Shown piece after piece: positions 1 to 12,608 of a stretch of DNA of 64,000 bases. The stretch is from Octopus vulgaris (taxonomy: Eukaryota). The notes beneath the pieces are model-generated. The model did no database searches, was not told where the DNA came from, and worked only from the letters and a program-made list of their open reading frames with translations. The position numbers were made by a program, and so were the translations under genes. The stretch's first letter is position 1. Each line of letters starts with the position of its first letter. The stretch covers positions 145,948,001 through 146,012,000 of the forward strand of contig OX597818.1 in assembly GCA_951406725.2 (NCBI GenBank), read 5' to 3'.

Positions 1-391
1 TGTATGAATGTATGTATGTATGTATGTATGTATGTATGTATGTATGTATGTATGTATGTATGTATGTATGCATGCATGCATGTATGTATGTATGTATGTA
101 TGTATGTATGTATGTATGTATGTATGTATGATGTATGCATGTATGTATGTATGTATGTATGTATGTATGTATGTATGATGTATGTATGTATGTATGTATG
201 TATGTATGTATGTATGTATGTATGTATGTATGTATGTATGTTTGTATGTATGTATGTATGTATGTATGTATGTATGTATGTATGTTTGTATGTATGTATG
301 TATGTATGTATGTATGTATGTATGTATGTATGTATGTATGTATGTATGTATGTATGTATGTATGATGTATGTATGTATGAATGTATGCATG

Positions 392-425
<34 letters not shown>

Positions 426-565
426 TGTATGTATGTATGTATGTATGTATGTATGTATGTATGTATGTTTGTATGTATGTATGTATGTATGTATGTATGT
501 ATGTATGTATGATGTATGTATGTATGTATGTATGTATGATGTATGTATGTATGAATGTATGCATG

Positions 566-597
<32 letters not shown>

Positions 598-716
598 CAT
601 GTATATATGTATGAATGTATGTATGTATGTATGTATGTATGTATGTATGATGTATGTATGTATGTATGTATGTATGATGTATGTATGTATGTATGTATGA
701 TGTATGTATGTATGTA
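1..716. repeat. (TATG)n microsatellite, truncated by the window start
   Basis: Directly visible; source of the MYVC ORFs. Confidence 0.99.
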
Positions 717-975
717 TAATGCTTAAAGACTTAACAAACTTTTTCCTTTTTTCCTTTACTTTTTCCTCCTGTCTATTTTCCTCCGATAAGCTCCAAATCA
801 TTCTGACAATGCTTGTTAAATGGAGCAAGATAAGTGCAAATTTACTTCAAAAATAACAAACTGAAACAGCTGTAAACGTTTTTTTTTTAACTGCAATTAA
901 ACTATGATTAATAACAATGATTAACTTCTACTCATTAATTGTTATTCCATTTCTTTTCTTATCCATATATAAGTA

Positions 976-1385
976 GGCACAGGAGTGGCAGTGTGGTAAG
1001 TAGTTTGCTTACCAACCACATGGCCCTGGGTTCAGTCCCACTGCATGGCATCTTGAGCAAGTGTCTTCTACTAAGGCCTCAGCTGACCAAAGCCTTGTGA
1101 GTGGATTTGGTAGATGGAAACTGGAAGAAGCCCATCGCATATGTATATACATGTATATGTATGTGTGTGTATATGTATGTGTGTCTGTGTTTGTCCTCCC
1201 AACATCGCTTGACAACCAATGCTGGTGTGTTTACATCCCTGTAACTTAGAAGTTTGCCAAAAGAGACTGATAGAATAAGTACTAGGCTTACAAAGAATAA
1301 GCTCTGGGGTTGATTTGCTCAACTAATGGTGGTGCTCCAACATGGCCACAGTCAAATAACTGAAAGAAGTAAGAGTAAAGAGTAT
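976..1385 (+). mobile_element. tRNA-headed SINE, family 1
   Basis: A box TGGCAGTGTGG, B box GGTTCAGTCCC, body CTTGAGCAAGTGTCTTCTA. Full copy at 42739-43110; partial copies at about 1935-2120(-), 13600-13920(-), 14110-14280(-), 25795-25950, 33120-33250, 33700-33870(-), 37895-38050, 41810-41925(-), 53140-53280(-). Confidence 0.85.
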
Positions 1386-1670
1386 ATATATATGTATGTA
1401 TGTATAAAATTCCTCTTAATACTCCTGCATACCATTTTTAAATGTCACCAACTCTGTCAGTGCTTTATAAACTAATTTTGTCTTTTTGTTTTACATATTA
1501 ACTTAGCAGAAACTACTCCCAGGAAAATCAATTCCTCAGGTATAACAGCATTGAAGATAATCTTTCAAATAAACAAGAACATGTTGTATATAAAAGAACT
1601 ATCCTTCCATTTATGGTAAAGAGATAATAGAAAATAATTTGCATGTAAAAAAACATAGGTGACGTGAAAC

Positions 1671-1706
<36 letters not shown>

Positions 1707-1726
1707 ATATATATATATATATATAC

Positions 1727-1767
<41 letters not shown>

Positions 1768-3961
1768 TATAGATATATATGAATGATGCATGCATACACA
1801 CATACACACACAATACATTGATTTTCACGTGTATGTAATCATGTATGTGTGTGTGTATATATATATATATATATGCTCACATCAGAAGATGACATCATTT
1901 GAAAGCTACAACAATGTGAGAAAGTGCATTGTGGCTTCTTCTTTCAGTTTCCATCTACTATCAAATCCACTCACAAGGTTTTGGTCAGCCCAAGGCTATA
2001 GTAGAAGACACTTGCCCAAGGTGCCATGCAGAGACTGAGTCCAGAACCATGTGGTTGGGAAGCAAACTTCTTGCCACACAGCCACACCTGTACCTTTATT
2101 TCCACACACCTATGCCTGCACCTATATATCCAGTTTCTAATTTTTTCATTGATAAAATCAGAGGTTGCAATGAAAACAATGGCATACACTAAAAGTATGA
2201 CCCCCATTTCGCCTCCCCAATTTCACAGAATTTATTTCATTCATACAGGGTCTCCAATTTGTTTTTTCTTTTTGTACTCTTGTCTTGAATTTTTTAAGAA
2301 TTACAAATATTTGTACCATGCCAATCACCAGAAATAGCATTTTCTATGATATTTCCTCTTTTTATGTCCATAATTGTTTTGTTTAGTGGTTCTGTAAAAT
2401 GGTTGGCATTAAGAAGAGCATCCAGCCGTAGAAACCATACCAAAGCAGACAGTAGAACTTTGCACAGTTTTCTAATTTGCCAGCGCTTGTCAAACTGTCC
2501 AGCCCTTGCCAGCATGGAACAAGCATGTTAAATGATGAGTAAGAGGAGGGTGAGGATGACATTCCATCTGACTCTTGCAACCAGCCATTTTGTTTGTATT
2601 CTAAGTAGATTCTTTATGAATGAGAGAAACTAATATATAATGAGGAAATGTTCTCTGTTCTCTTCATTTTCTTCAGTGAGAAAAGGTTACCTATATATTA
2701 CAGTTACCATGGTCTCTTAATCCTGAATTCTTCTTTAAGATCTTAACTGGGTTTCATTTAAAAAGAGATTTAATAAATATTCTCAAAGAATTAATTTTAA
2801 ATATATTAATACAAGACATATGTCTAATATTTCCATCAAGTTTGTTCCGATGGGCTGCAATTATACAATTATCTTCAAATTTCCAACTATGTGTTCCAAT
2901 CATTGTTTATCATTTTCTGTATCACTTCACTTTGAATTCCTTGAAGTATGATTATATGCTAAAACAGTGATTCTTAAGAGATATATCTAATGGAAAACTG
3001 GTTTATAGAAATGTGCTGCATTGTATATTGAAGTAGTTTGGAGCAAGAGATAAGAAATATAATTCTGTTAAGGCATTCTTTGCATTGGAAAATAGTTTTT
3101 GGCACTATGCTGTGTTGGCTTACAATAAAAGTTTTCATTTTAAAAGATTTGATAAAGATTAGGCTACAAAGGAATGAGAAAAATCATTGTAATGTTTGGC
3201 TACGATACAAGTTATCTGAATATTGGTATAACTCAAAATGTGTAGATTCTTGGGAAATTATTCAAGAGGCAGTGTAACATTTACCTTAATAGCTCAAAAT
3301 GTTCGATATAAAGGCCAAAGAGAGATAGGCATGGAACAAGATAAACAGATTGGTTGATAGATCTCATTCAATATCACCATTGATAAAATGAATATCCTCT
3401 GAGAAGGAAACTGAAAAAAGATTAGCAACGACATAAGTAAGCAAGCTAGACATGAAGCAAAAGAGAATTCATGCATTAATGGACTCAGTTTTCAAGAGCT
3501 TCAATTATTATTACTCTGCCAGATTCTTCACAGATTTATACCAGACAACACAGCCAGGATTTTTACATTTTCATATTTAAAAATCAATTAATTATGGAAA
3601 TTTCCATCTTCCCTTCTCTATGCTACAATTAACCATCCATCTGTAAGTACAATTGGATATTCAATGGAAAAAATTCATCTATTGTATTTCTTTCTCAGGT
3701 GGAAATGAAGAGTTGTTGTCTGTCCACAGAAGACTTGGTTCATTCATTCATTCATTTAGTACAAAAATATAGACTATTTTTAATAAGTCATTTATCTTCT
3801 GAAATCAATGCATATATTCAGTGCGCACGGACACACAGACACACATAATGTATAAGAATATAATGTATATATGTATGTGTGTATATATATATACATACAA
3901 ACATATACACACATATATTTATAAATACATTTACATATAAATATTTATACATACACACACA

Positions 3962-4043
<82 letters not shown>

Positions 4044-5569
4044 CACACAAATACATACACACATACATATATATACATATGTATACATATATGTGTTATG
4101 TATATACTACATATATATAATATATATGTATCAATTTATGTATCTTGTCATCATAATCATCATCATTATATAACCTTATTTAGATTGTTGATATTAAGAT
4201 CTAAGTTGCTTTTGATCAAAAGCATTCCAGTGACAACTGCATTATCCAATATGTCCTTCTTTAACGTGTGATTTAAGAGAGATTTGGTTGTTATTGTGGT
4301 GGTGGTGGTGGTGGTACTGGTGCTGGTGCTGGTGCTGGTGTTAGTGGTGGTGGTGATGTACTCCCATAAATACTGAACCCAACAAAAATAATAGAATACT
4401 TTTGACTGAAATGTCTTTGATCATATTGTTATATTTAGGGATGGTAATTGTTTGTTTTTTCTGCCAAATAACCACATACACTATATACTCATTCTTCACT
4501 TCAGGTTTAATGTTATTCTTATTTTAGTGTCCTTTGTCTGAAATATTTTGTCACACATCCAGTGACCTCTTCAGCAACTCTCCATTCCATGTGTTCTGTT
4601 TAGTCCATTCTTTTGATCATAAGTATGCTCAGTCAAGGCTGACCTGAGCTAAACTACTACAACTACTAATACTAGAAGAGGTGAACACAAATGATGATGA
4701 TGATGAGGAGGAGGAGGAGGGGGGGACTACACTATACTCCTTTCAAAAAAATGAATACTTAATAATACACTTAATAAACTCACAATTCTCAATTTCGCAG
4801 AAATTCCAGATTTCAGGATTTCAGTGAGAAATTGGAGGATTCTTGTGGGAAAATTATTTTAGGCTCAAAAAAGTTTTTTTTATCATTATTTACATTACTT
4901 TTCTCGATTATTTTTCCTTAATGTTGATTTTTAAGGATGCTAATTTCCATTTAATAAATAGTGGTTAATGTTATGTAATATATTGTTTTGTATTCAGGAA
5001 TAATTTTTATTATCACTTGTGAAGGCAAATTAGGATGGTGAAGAGGGAGAAATATAGAAAAAGTTAAGAAGCACTGCTCTAAACAATGCAAAGTTCTATT
5101 GAATTTAATTGGATTAATACAGACTCGACTTGACAATTCAATAATCGTCTTTAGAAAGCTGTCACTAAGTGTCTTTTGTCACTTACAGTTGAAGTAAAAT
5201 TTCTTTTAAAATGCTTTTCTTTAAACATAATATTTCTTATAATTCCCTCAAGTCTACTATATTATTCTTAAAATTCTGACATCTAAAAATACAGCTTTTT
5301 CAATTTTTTTTATCTGTCATTCTCACTCTATAATATATGTATATCAGTATTGTGTACATTGATTTATATCAGATAAAAGCATATACATGAACACACAGAT
5401 CATAGGAAAATAGAAAATGAAAGAACGGAATTTGCTTCTCACTTAGCTCTCATATATTTTTTCTGACTCATTGTGTTTGTATAAATATTTTTATTTCTTT
5501 TGTAAACATACGTAGATTTAAAGATGTAAAAGATACAAAAGACAATATAAATATAGATATTAATATATT

Positions 5570-5606
<37 letters not shown>

Positions 5607-7288
5607 ATGATGATGATGATATATGATTGCTTTAGGACATAGCTGTGTTTTATAAACAAATTTATATATATATATATATGAGTAGTTAAAGTAAGTTATT
5701 TGAAGTTTTAAGCATTTAATAATAGTTTGATTCAGCTTCATATTACATCATGTTTTGTAGGTGCCGAACATGTACACATCCCCAGATGTACAGAGTGAGA
5801 GCAGAGAGAACATGATGAAATTTTAAAATGGCTTCTGAATGAGAATATTTCTGTCCCCATTGGTTTGTTCAGGTCATGTGGATACTTCAGTTAATTAGAG
5901 GCAGCTATTCTTTCATTATATGCTCCATGTGGTAAAGCAAACAGAATGTTGGTGTTAGTTATTCTGTGGGAAATGACATCTCAGTATCTGTAGCAACTAC
6001 ACATGTTTTTCTAAATTTATGACATTTTCTAAAATGAAATCATTTATAATGTTCAGACAATTCCCATACTTGAATTTTTTTTTAAATGTGCCCCCTTCAG
6101 TTGTATAAAACCTCTTCTTTCTGGTATTTTGTTGTATGATTCAATTGTTCTAGGGTCCTCTATTTCATGCTGTAACCAGCATTCTACTGCCCTAATTTCA
6201 AGATGTAGAGCAGAGTCACAGAATTCCTCACCTCATGCATCTGAAAGATATGCTATGGCTACAAAATCTCTTTTTTTTGTATTGTTGTGAGTGTTATGAT
6301 GGTAATCATGGAGGATGGGTAGCTACTATTGTTGTTGTTGGTAAATGAAAATGTATTTCTTGGACTGTGTAAAGAAGTAACTAATAACTCTCACAAACAA
6401 CTATCGGAAAGAGAGTATTGTAGTTCGCTTGAAGCATTGTGTATCGTTTGTAAAGAATAAAAGGTTTTGAATGGTACAACAATGCATTATAATACAGGCA
6501 ATGGGCTGAGTATACCTGTTGTAATTTAGTCATCCATAGTCTGATATGATATTTCAGAATAATTTTCTTTCTTCAGATATTCTTAGATGGAGTCGCTGCT
6601 GAAGATTTTGCTACTGCTCATAGTGTTTTCTGTGAGGGTCTTTTACAAATACCAACAGAAATAATTACATAGTGGGAAAGACATACTGCTTAGGATTTAG
6701 GACAAGTTAACTGAAATAGCAATCTGTGGCTGGCCCATCACAACTGGAAAATAATTGCACTATATTTATGACATTGAGAATTCTTGTCTATTATCTCCCA
6801 TCTATCTTAATTGGTTGAATGTGGTGATGACAATGAAGACATCGTGTAGCTGTCTCAAAATTCTGCAATTACCACCAAAACCCGTCTTTATATAGGGCAC
6901 AAAGAGAAAGTTCTAGAAAATCAAATCATGCAATGGATTGACATTGATTGGTTATTTAATAGACTGATCGCATAAAAATACTGTGGTTTGATTATGATGT
7001 CTGCTCAGCTACCTAGCAATTCTGTTTTGAATCATCTCTACTATATTTACCTTCAACCATACCTATGTAATGATTCTTTGTAGCTGACTGAAGTTAACTT
7101 CAGCTTCATGCATAATCAGTTTTGTCAATACCTGGCCTAGGTGGCAATGTTGGAATGCTATATGATAAACCAAGTTTCTTATGTTTGATAGGTTCACTGG
7201 CCATGAGTGCTCTCATGTTAGAGCCACAACGGTAGCTGATTCAAGCTCCTCTAAGAATTGATTAATTTTTACCATTTGAAAATTATCT

Positions 7289-7334
<46 letters not shown>

Positions 7335-8937
7335 ACACACACACACACTCACACACACTCACACAATATATATATAAATTATATATATGTTTATATACAA
7401 ACAAGAGGAAGTCAAAACTTATCTGCACTTTCACCAAAACTTCCTTTAGGTTAACTTCACAGACTTCAGTTCTCACATGCTAAAAGGTGGTACTCTTGTG
7501 ATTATCTAACAAAGGTTTGATCTTCATCATTCCAGTTTTCTTTCTTGTGTTTCTGAGTAAACATTGATACTCTGCTGCCAATGTGCATCAAAGACAAAAA
7601 AAATCAGATATCTGAATTTCCTGGTCTGAAGGTGTGTTAGGGGCTGAAATTCATCACAGTTTCCATGGGTGGTGAAGTTAAGATGGTAACTATGTTTATC
7701 ATTGATAAACATCTTAGAAAGAAAAACCCCATAAAACTAAGGAGACAATGGCTTTGAAATAAATGTGTTGAATGACTAGACACATAAATTTGTATCCAGG
7801 TGATTATTTGGCTGACAAAACAGCAGGTTTCTTTGCTAGTTTATAGATGAGTGGTTTGTAGTAAAGAGAGCAGAGTTATAAAAATATTTATTCTGTCCCA
7901 GCAGTGAACATGTGTCCAACTTCAGAAGAAGGAGAACATTTCTTTTCACGCCAGAATGGAAAATGGCTGTAAAACAGTTTTTTAAGGTTATTTGTATATC
8001 AGCCTATGCATTTGTTTAAAAGAAAGGAAACTAATTTATTATATAATAATACATTATTTATTATAGAATAGGCTAATCTATTATGGATTATGTGATTTTC
8101 CAAGTATTCCATTGTTTGTCTACGAATTATTTTCACACAAGTTTAAACACATGAACAGAAATTATCACTTCACTGAAAACAGTACTTAAGAGTTTCAGAT
8201 AGCTGTTGCATGTAATGTTTGAAGGAATACCATTATTATAAATTCATATTATTTTAGCACATTTCCACTCTACTGGGAGAATATGCTGGAAGTAGTATAA
8301 TTAAATTACTAAAACAACTTGGCCAATTAAGCAACCAATTTCAGCAAAAATCTCTACAGAATATAATCAGAGCTAGGCAGATCGAACATAAATTCTATAC
8401 ATTCATACTCAACATGTACTATAAACCACAGTAAAAGTACTTTAAACTCTTTTACATTATTTTATCAATCTCAAATTTTCTGTTCTTATTATTCAGTAAA
8501 GGAGCAATTAGATGGAACTTTGATCTAGTGATAGATAACATTTAAATTGAATTTATAGAAAAAAAAACCACAAGAAAATAATAACAGATCACGAGTAGAT
8601 CAATAATGAAATTAGATATTAAAATTTATTTTCCCATTATAATTAGTTCATACGATTTTCCTCTGAGCCAGAAAACACTTCAGTTCTGAAAAGTTTCTAA
8701 TCCAATAGAAATAAAAAATAAAACCCTAAATCTAATGTATTGCTTATATGCTTGGGATGAAATATCTACTACATACACTAATGTTTCTATACGACATTAA
8801 AAAAAATGTTTGTTAAGCAGGCTTTCGATATCTAGTATGCCACAATCACTGATCCTCTGTCCCCTCTGCTTCTTACGCCACAAAAGTTATCTGCTCTACT
8901 TTATGCATTGAGTACTTTTTTTCATTTATCACACCCA

Positions 8938-8939
8938 TG

Positions 8940-9000
<61 letters not shown>

Positions 9001-9007
9001 ATTTATC

Positions 9008-9063
<56 letters not shown>
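8938..9063. repeat. (TCTA)n microsatellite
   Basis: Directly visible. Confidence 0.98.
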
Positions 9064-9618
9064 ATCACACACAGACAAACATAACATTGTGTATGTGTGT
9101 GTTTCATTGGATACTAAATTCTGCTTGCGAAGACCTGTTGAGGCAAGTGAAATTGAAATCACATTCACTGATGTGGCCGATGACAACACTGCCTGACTAG
9201 CATATGTGCCAGTGGAACATTATGAGCACCATCTGAGTGTGATCATCGCCAAGGCTAGTGGCTGGCTCCCATGCTGGTAGCACGGAAAAACTACCATTCG
9301 AGTGTGATCGTTACCAGTGTCGCGTTACTAGCACATGAAGAACAACATTTGAGCAGGGTCGTTGCCAGTGACACTAGAGTGGCTCCTGTGCAGGTGACAC
9401 ATAAAAAACACCTTTTGAGTGTGACTGTTGCCAGAACCACCTAACAGGCCCTCGGGCTGGTGGCACGTAAAAGCACCCACTACACTCTTGGAGTGGTTGG
9501 CATTAGGAAGGGCATTCAGCTGTAGAAACTCTGCCAGATTAGATGGGAGCCTGGTGCAGCCATCTGGCTCACCAGTCCTCAGTCAAACCATCCAACCCAT
9601 CAAAAGCGGACGTTAAAA

Positions 9619-9650
<32 letters not shown>

Positions 9651-9698
9651 GGATGATGAGGATGAGGATGAGGATGATGGTGATGATGATGATAATGC

Positions 9699-10057
9699 AG
9701 GAAAATAAGACAAGGTAGAAAATGCTAAAATAATTTTATCATGAAGAACATTTTAGTACCGGTTTCAAACTTTGCAACTTTTTCAACTTAGAGTAAAGCA
9801 TGAAAAACAATTAAATTGTGGAAAAATTAAATGAAATGTTCTTTTAAAATATTGCCATAGTTTTCAAATGCAAGAGACATTTTCCTTTTTGAAAACTATG
9901 GAAATATTTTTTTTAAATACTTCATTTCATTTTTCCTTAATTTAATTGTTTTTCATGCTTTACTCTAAGTTGAAAAAGTCACAAAGGCTGAAACCGGCAC
10001 TAAAATGTTCTTCATGATAAAATTATTTTAGCATTTTCTACCTTGTCTTATTTTCCT
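9699..10057. repeat. Fold-back inverted repeat (~170-bp arms) with degenerate hammerhead-like motif
   Basis: AGGAAAATAAGACAAGGTAGAAAATGC... mirrors ...GCATTTTCTACCTTGTCTTATTTTCCT. Confidence 0.9.
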
Positions 10058-10089
10058 TATATATATCAACTCATGTGTTCCTTTTCAAC

Positions 10090-10136
<47 letters not shown>

Positions 10137-10219
10137 TAATAATAAATATTAGGGAATAAATCCAAATTTACAGGGAAAAATCAGATTTAGGATTGAATCC
10201 AATTTTATAGTAAAATATT

Positions 10220-10638
10220 ATATTGTATTAAATTAGAGACAAAACCACTATTATGCAAATCAAACAAAGAAAGACTTAAGCCAATACATAAAATAATTTA
10301 TAGAAATTTAGAAATTTAACAATTATAAATAACCACTACGATTGTTTCATGTCTTATTTCAGCACATCTTTGAGACATTCTTCATGTGGTTTCAAAACCT
10401 TCTTGGCGAGTTTTAAACTCACCAAGAAGGTTTTGAAACCACCTGAAGAAACTCGCCAAGAAGGTTTTGAAACCACCTGAAGAATGTCTCAAAGATGTGC
10501 TGAAATAAGACATGAAACGATCGTAGTGGTTATTTATAATTGTTAAATTTCTAAATTTATATAAATTATTTTATGTATTGGCTTAAGTCTTTGTTTGATT
10601 TGCATAATAGTGGTTTTGTCTCTAATTTAATATAATAT
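10220..10638. repeat. Fold-back inverted repeat (~195-bp arms) with a hammerhead in each arm, between (TA)n tracts
   Basis: Arms near-identical around a centre at ~10414; 34-bp tandem duplication at 10415-10482. Confidence 0.92.
10471..10531 (+). ncRNA. Type I hammerhead ribozyme motif, intact core
   Basis: AACCAC-CTGAAGA-ATGTCT[18 nt loop]AGACAT-GAAAC-GATC-GTA-GTGGTT: 6-bp stem I, 6-bp stem II, palindromic stem III ACGATCGT, GUA site. Confidence 0.8.
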
Positions 10639-10974
10639 ATATATATATATGCATGTAACATTATAAAAATAGTGTATACACACCCACACAAACATACATA
10701 TACATACATATATATATATAAAAGAAGAAAAGAAAACGGAGATTATAAAGTTATTAAAAGTTAATAAAGAAGTGAAGATGACCAATTTGTTGTTAATGAT
10801 AAAGAATTATCTTCATAAACTCCATTTTCTTTTCTTTTAAATGAATATAAACTATATACTTTATATATACCTATTGTTTTAAAGGAATTTCATTCCCCCA
10901 AAATACTCGGTATTGAACCACAGTATTCCCTTGGATGCAACCATCCCTTCATGGGGTTAACATATCCTCTAATT

Positions 10975-11105
<131 letters not shown>

Positions 11106-11205
11106 AATCTAAAATGAGGGTGAGAAATTGGATATTAATTCAATTAACATCAATTTAACACCAGTGGTCTAGCATATTAAAATCTAAAGGTTCAGTTAAT
11201 TGTAT

Positions 11206-11352
11206 TATATACATATGAGACGGATGACCACTATGTGTTCTGGTGTTTGCTAAATTTTTTCTTGAGAACATTCCTTAGTGGTAAGACCATAGCGGACCTA
11301 CTTCTAGCATAAGGGTTGTCCACATAGTGGTCATCCCTCTCATATGTATATA
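11206..11352. repeat. Inverted repeat (~32-bp arms)
   Basis: TATATACATATGAGACGGATGACCACTATGTG / CACATAGTGGTCATCCCTCTCATATGTATATA. Confidence 0.85.
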
Positions 11353-12401
11353 GTACATACATACATATATATATATATAAAGCTGTGAACATTTGTATTT
11401 AACATGTTTGCGCATACAGTGAAATTTGTGTAAAATCACACTGATTTGTGATCTGAATGACATCCTCATACTGAAAGGCATGTATTTCTGTGATGTTAAT
11501 CTTCATCAGTTACAGACATTGCTTCATTCATACATAACTCACTAAGAACAACCGTTCCAAATTTCAAAGAGCAAAAAGTATATTCATGATGTGCCATGCT
11601 TCATCAAACAAAAAATAATCTATTATATGCAGAAATATGTCTTACAGATAACATTATTCAGATCCCAGCTCAATATTTTTTTTACTCATGAAGTCTATAA
11701 GGAGAATATTTTCTCAAATTACTGTGTTGATCATCTTTCCTCATTTGAGTGTCCTTGAGCATGATAAATATAAATTTACAGAGCTTTATTTTAATCATTG
11801 TTACTTAGTGCATACATAATTTGTATATACATACATATATGTGTGCTTTTGTTCATGAATGTATATATATATATATATATATATATCACTGATTCCTTTG
11901 GGAAATGCATAACTGTTACACAATCTCATTTTTCACTTTCTTATAAATTCAAAACCACAAGTCTATATAAGAAAAAAATATTCAACTATGCATTTAACAA
12001 TTGTTGTGTGGTTTAGAAATTTGCTCCACAAAATGTATGTAGTTTTGAATTCAATCCCACTCCACACCAGCTTGGGCGTTCTTCCATAGCCTCAGGTTTT
12101 GAGAAAAAAAAATTAGTAGTTAGAAATTGTATGGAAGCCTATTAGTGACATGGTTTGTTCTTGGGAGCTAGATTTAATGTACCACCCAGTTTAACAGCAG
12201 CATTGTCTGGTCCTTGACTGCTTTTAGAAGAGTTAATTCTATTGTAAGCAGCCAGGCCAGATCTTTGCGCAGAGGATAACATATTCCCTTTATTCCATCA
12301 GCCTCAAAACCCTGGGTAAAGTCAAAATCACTGCAGCTGCTGCTCTGATTGAGACAAAAAAAAAAATGAAAAGCTTTTAATTGTTTTTCCAAAGCCAAAA
12401 G

Positions 12402-12608
12402 AAGCAATTTATAAAAATAAAACAGGCTGATAGCTTTACCTGATATTTCAATATTGCATGGTCAGAACTCCTACCTCAGGAAATCTTTGAAGAAAAGGTT
12501 AACAAATAACAACTAATCTCCAAAGATTTTCAGAGGAATGGATTCTAATCCTGAAATATCAAAATGCCAGCTAAAACTATTAACCTGTTTTATTTTTATA
12601 AATTGCTT
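12402..12608. repeat. Degenerate fold-back inverted repeat
   Basis: AAGCAATTTATAAAAATAAAACAGG / CCTGTTTTATTTTTATAAATTGCTT, plus inner AAATCTTTG/CAAAGATTT. Confidence 0.8.

Noticed and set aside
4-726. 240-aa and overlapping MYVC-repeat ORFs
   Set aside because: Translation of a stop-free (TATG)n microsatellite; the same applies to the YI/CV/HT-rich ORFs elsewhere.
781-875. CCGATAA-GCTCCA..TGGAGC and GAAACAGCTGTA as a hammerhead
   Set aside because: Two core mismatches, ~35 extra nt between stem II and GAAA, and no stem I; at best a fossil.
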